From NCBI GenBank assembly GCA_963701665.1, contig OY969622.1, positions 256,001-320,000 of the forward strand: DNA of 64,000 bases, given 5' to 3'. The notes under the pieces are model-generated. The model was not told the DNA's origin, searched no databases, and saw nothing but the letters and a program-made list of their open reading frames with translations. The position numbers and the translations under genes are program-made. This DNA comes from Candidatus Babeliales bacterium. Its GTDB lineage: Bacteria; Babelota; Babeliae; Babelales; JANWKD01. Position 1 is the stretch's first letter; every line of letters starts with the position of its first letter. Below are positions 60,749 through 64,000 of the stretch, piece after piece.

Positions 60749-60861
60749 TGTCATCCTGAGGAGCGAAGCGACGTAGGGATCTAGAATTTTAATAAGTTCC
60801 TTTAATGAATTAATTTTATAGACCTGGATTCCTACGACAACTCTGTTGTCTCAGAATGACA
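60749..60861. repeat. TGTC-tagged palindromic doublet element (opposite orientation to the 13997 copy)
   Basis: TGTCATCCTGAGGAGCGAAGCGACGTAGGGATCTAG...CTGGATTCCTACGACAACTCTGTTGTCTCAGAATGACA. Confidence 0.9.
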
Positions 60862-61023
60862 TCCTATTGCTTTCCTAGTACTTCTTGCTTAGAGAAAAAT
60901 TTTAATTTTCGGACAAGCTCTAAAATATTCATTTTAAAATTCTTTTTTTGCAAACCGGAAACATAGTATAGTAATAGTGATTTTTAAAATCTCGATGATC
61001 TTTGCAAAAAAAGGTGATAGACA

Positions 61024-61554
61024 ATGCAAAGAACGTATCAACTCTTTTTTATTTCTTTATCAATAATTCTTTTTTTTGTGCGCATATCATGTGCTATGGA
61101 CCCAGTGATAAAAGAAGGATTATTTTGGGAGTCAGTAAAGGGTCATGAAAAAATGCTTCTTGAAAGGCTTTATACTCGGGGAGAGGGTTTTGACTCAATA
61201 AAAGATACCGATGACAACCTCATTGCCTCTATTGATTGGCGGAATGATTCTTTCTATACCTTTTGTCCCGATCAAGAAACAGTGTTACTTAATTATAGAA
61301 TTAAAGCAGCAAAAAAACTTTTGCAATTGAAGGTACCGATACCGCGAACACAGGAGATGACTGAATCATGTGTGCCGTGTGTGGAAGAAACCATGCCGTT
61401 ATTTGCGTCACCAGCATTGCCACATGATAAAGCAGAAAGCGAATACGGACATGCAGTGGAAACTTTGCAGCGATCCTATCGCAAATATTTTGTTGGTGAA
61501 GATGAAAACACTACGAATGTGCGGTGCTCTTGTTGGGGATGTTGTCTCTATTAA
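61024..61554 (+). CDS. Secreted hypothetical protein (AMD) with Cys-rich CaaX-like C-terminus
   Basis: SCA-MDPV; ends RCSCWGCCLY. Confidence 0.7.
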   Translation: MQRTYQLFFISLSIILFFVRISCAMDPVIKEGLFWESVKGHEKMLLERLYTRGEGFDSIKDTDDNLIASIDWRNDSFYTFCPDQETVLLNYRIKAAKKLLQLKVPIPRTQEMTESCVPCVEETMPLFASPALPHDKAESEYGHAVETLQRSYRKYFVGEDENTTNVRCSCWGCCLY

Positions 61555-61571
61555 GGTTGTGGACATTAGCT

Positions 61572-62108
61572 ATGATTAAAAATTTTTTATTATGCACGGT
61601 TCTTCTTTCGTGGTGCTTATTTGATGTGTGTATGGAAGAGCAACCGGAACGAGCACTCAGTAATAGTGATATTGATGAAGTCAAATTTTATGCCCATTGG
61701 CGAGGTTATGAAGAAGAAGCGCGTGCGGCTATTCGGTTAAAAAAAACTCATAAAAAAAAAATAAAGATAAAAGATCCAACACGAGGAAAATTGGGTGTTT
61801 TTAACCCCAAAGATGGAGATGGAACGGGCTTAGTCACAAGTTTTTTTGTTGATGGCCAATTAAAGATGTCTTATTCAGCCTTTATTTTGCGTCTAAGAAA
61901 TAATGATAATTTTGAACAAAAACCGCTCGAGTATTATCAACAATTACCATCACGCAATGGTGTTAAGATTGATAACCCCAAGGAGCAGCAATTTATGACA
62001 ATCTATCACAACCTCGCTGACGGAGTAGGATCAAAACCTGAAACGCTAGGTGAAGAAAAATATCTTATTCAAAAAAAGAAAAAATGTTGGTGTTGTAGTC
62101 TTAATTAA
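61572..62108 (+). CDS. Secreted hypothetical protein (CME) with polybasic CaaX-like C-terminus
   Basis: ATG 61572; DVC-MEEQ; ends KKKKCWCCSLN. Confidence 0.7.
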   Translation: MIKNFLLCTVLLSWCLFDVCMEEQPERALSNSDIDEVKFYAHWRGYEEEARAAIRLKKTHKKKIKIKDPTRGKLGVFNPKDGDGTGLVTSFFVDGQLKMSYSAFILRLRNNDNFEQKPLEYYQQLPSRNGVKIDNPKEQQFMTIYHNLADGVGSKPETLGEEKYLIQKKKKCWCCSLN

Positions 62109-62144
62109 GTTTTTAAACCTGCAAAAAAGCGAGGGAAAAAGCTC

Positions 62145-62639
62145 ATGAAAGTAGTAATGCCTATGTTGAGCATGTTGATATGCTTGCTCTTGATAAAAAA
62201 TACCGACGCTATGACAACGAACGACAATGATAAGGTCGTTAACGTGAACAAACTTCTTGAACACTGGGCAAATAGAGAACAACATCTTTTGCCACATGTA
62301 AGGCAAGCGCAACAGGATAAATCGCATATTGCATCATATGTTAGTGATGATGGAAGACTCCAGGCCACATTTGATGGTACCAATGATAGGGTAACATCCT
62401 ATTTTGATGATGGAAATACCTGTGAAGTTACGGTCGTCTATCTTTATAATCTGCTTTTTCCCCCTCGAGGATTTTTACGTGATGGCAAAATCTACGATCG
62501 AGATGGTAACATGGTTGCTGACGTTTCAATCGGATCTTGCTATGGAACATCACCAAAAAATTCTAAGAAAAGAAAAAATTATCTGAAATCGTTCAAAGAT
62601 TATTGCACAACAAAATTAACGAGACGATTAACGACATAA
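62145..62639 (+). CDS. Secreted hypothetical protein, third member of the 61-62 kb family
   Basis: GAGGG RBS; TDA-MTTN; EHWANRE and RVTSYFDDG align with AHWRGYE and LVTSFFVDG; 40-bp convergent overlap with leuS. Confidence 0.6.
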   Translation: MKVVMPMLSMLICLLLIKNTDAMTTNDNDKVVNVNKLLEHWANREQHLLPHVRQAQQDKSHIASYVSDDGRLQATFDGTNDRVTSYFDDGNTCEVTVVYLYNLLFPPRGFLRDGKIYDRDGNMVADVSIGSCYGTSPKNSKKRKNYLKSFKDYCTTKLTRRLTT

Positions 62640-64000
62640 ATTATTTTCTTAACATCTTTGCCCTCGAGATGTTTATAAACAAGTTGCTCGGCGCGCGCTT
62701 CAACAACTTTTTGTTCTGTGTCGCGTGCGATGGTTAAATTCGCGCGCATTTTACCATTTACTTGTACGACAATAATAACCATGTGTTCTTCCGCCAAACG
62801 CGCGTCAAACTGTGGCCATGTGCATTCTTCCAACTTTTTATGCACGAGCGTTTGCAAAAGTTCGCTGGAAAAGTGAGGTGCCATTGCCGAAAGTGCCACC
62901 AAAAGTTGCTCCAAGGTTTTCTTGCTCAAACGCATGGAATGTGCGGTTGCATCATTTAACCATTCCATTGCTGCTGAAAGTGCTGTGTTTGGTTTAAAGA
63001 GATCAAGCCGTTCTTCCCATGCCTTCAAAAATTGATGGAAGCGTTGGGTAACTTCTTGGGTCTCTTGTTCATTGTCAGCAAGCACGGTTTTTGGTTCGGT
63101 CAAATAATCCCACAATTTATTTAAAAATCGTTTGATGCCCTCAAGGCCATTATCTTGCCACACGCAATCAAGTTCTGGCGGCCCCATGAATAAAATATAC
63201 ATGCGCAATACATCAGAACCATACTGCTGTACAATGTCATCAGGGTTTACCACGTTGCCTTTGGATTTTGACATCTTCTCAATGGCACCCGATAATTCTG
63301 AAAATTTGTTCACCATGCCTTGGTTGAATAAATGCGTGAATGGTTCATCAAAGGAAAGATACCCAAGATCATGCAATACTTTTACATAGAAGCGTGCATA
63401 TAACAAATGCAAAATAGCATGTTCAACACCGCCGACATATAAATCGACGGGCAACCAATATTTCATATCTTTTTCTGAAAATGCTGCAGTTTCTAAATGA
63501 GGATTTGGATAGCGCAAGAAATACCAACATGATCCGGCCCATTGTGGCATGGTATTTGTTTCGCGTTTTGCAGGGCCTTTGCATTGCGGGCATGTGGTAT
63601 TCACCCAGTCTTTAATTGCTGCAAGCGGCGACTCGCCAGTGCCGGTCGGATGATATTCTTCAACAGCGGGCAATTCCACCGGCAATTGCTCTTCTGGCAC
63701 AGGAACGATGCCGCACTTGGCACAATGAATTAATGGAATTGGTTCACCCCAATAGCGTTGGCGCGAAAAGATCCAATCACGAAGTTTGTAGGTAGTTTTC
63801 TTTTGCGCAAACCCTTTTTTGACCAAGTAGTCTGCCAATTGATTGCGAACGTCGGCAGCAATTTTGCCAGCAAATTCAGCCGGTTCAGTTAATATGCCTT
63901 CTTGTGCATTATGAAAAGATACTTCAAATTTTTTTACTTTTTCTTGTAATTCTTTATCGTACGCTGGGAGTAACACTGCTTTGAGAGGAATATTATATTT
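62600..64000 (-). CDS. leuS: Leucine--tRNA ligase, C-terminal part (continues past window edge)
   Basis: [61 protein letters not shown]; frame open to 64000. Confidence 0.98.
   Translation of the reverse strand, partial: KYNIPLKAVLLPAYDKELQEKVKKFEVSFHNAQEGILTEPAEFAGKIAADVRNQLADYLVKKGFAQKKTTYKLRDWIFSRQRYWGEPIPLIHCAKCGIVPVPEEQLPVELPAVEEYHPTGTGESPLAAIKDWVNTTCPQCKGPAKRETNTMPQWAGSCWYFLRYPNPHLETAAFSEKDMKYWLPVDLYVGGVEHAILHLLYARFYVKVLHDLGYLSFDEPFTHLFNQGMVNKFSELSGAIEKMSKSKGNVVNPDDIVQQYGSDVLRMYILFMGPPELDCVWQDNGLEGIKRFLNKLWDYLTEPKTVLADNEQETQEVTQRFHQFLKAWEERLDLFKPNTALSAAMEWLNDATAHSMRLSKKTLEQLLVALSAMAPHFSSELLQTLVHKKLEECTWPQFDARLAEEHMVIIVVQVNGKMRANLTIARDTEQKVVEARAEQLVYKHLEGKDVKKIIYVVNRLVNFVVQ

Overview
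AT-rich bacterial chromosome segment. Gene content points to a host-dependent intracellular bacterium, most likely Candidatus Dependentiae/Babelota (TM6): an NTT/Tlc nucleotide translocase plus many signal-peptide orphans with ankyrin, LRR, Skp1/BTB-like and WD40 domains. This taxonomy is inference, not a search result. Housekeeping genes are groES-groEL, rpe, recD2, a DEAD-box helicase, dipZ, an MscS/MscK channel, recO, an M3 peptidase, uvrB, a transaldolase and a partial leuS. They are interleaved with small tandem arrays of secreted paralogues. Highlights: (1) a stand-alone GIY-YIG nuclease gene sits between the two arms of a TGTC/CGTC-tagged palindromic repeat, and six empty ~100-113 bp doublets of that repeat are dispersed through the window. 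One doublet lies in frame in a gene's 5' end and one is interrupted by an IS481 element, suggesting a REP/REPIN-like system served by a GIY-YIG enzyme. (2) Fifteen predicted exported proteins begin with Met-Glu/Met-Asp right after the signal peptide. (3) Several carry candidate eukaryotic motifs (RVxF, CaaX-like tails, Skp1/BTB+LRR). (4) A paralogue array is bracketed by a duplicated groEL 3' end and terminator. (5) A structured ~200-nt leader precedes the DEAD-box helicase. The groEL frameshifts look like a consensus artefact. No rRNA, tRNA or CRISPR array was recognised. All alignments and folds were done by eye.
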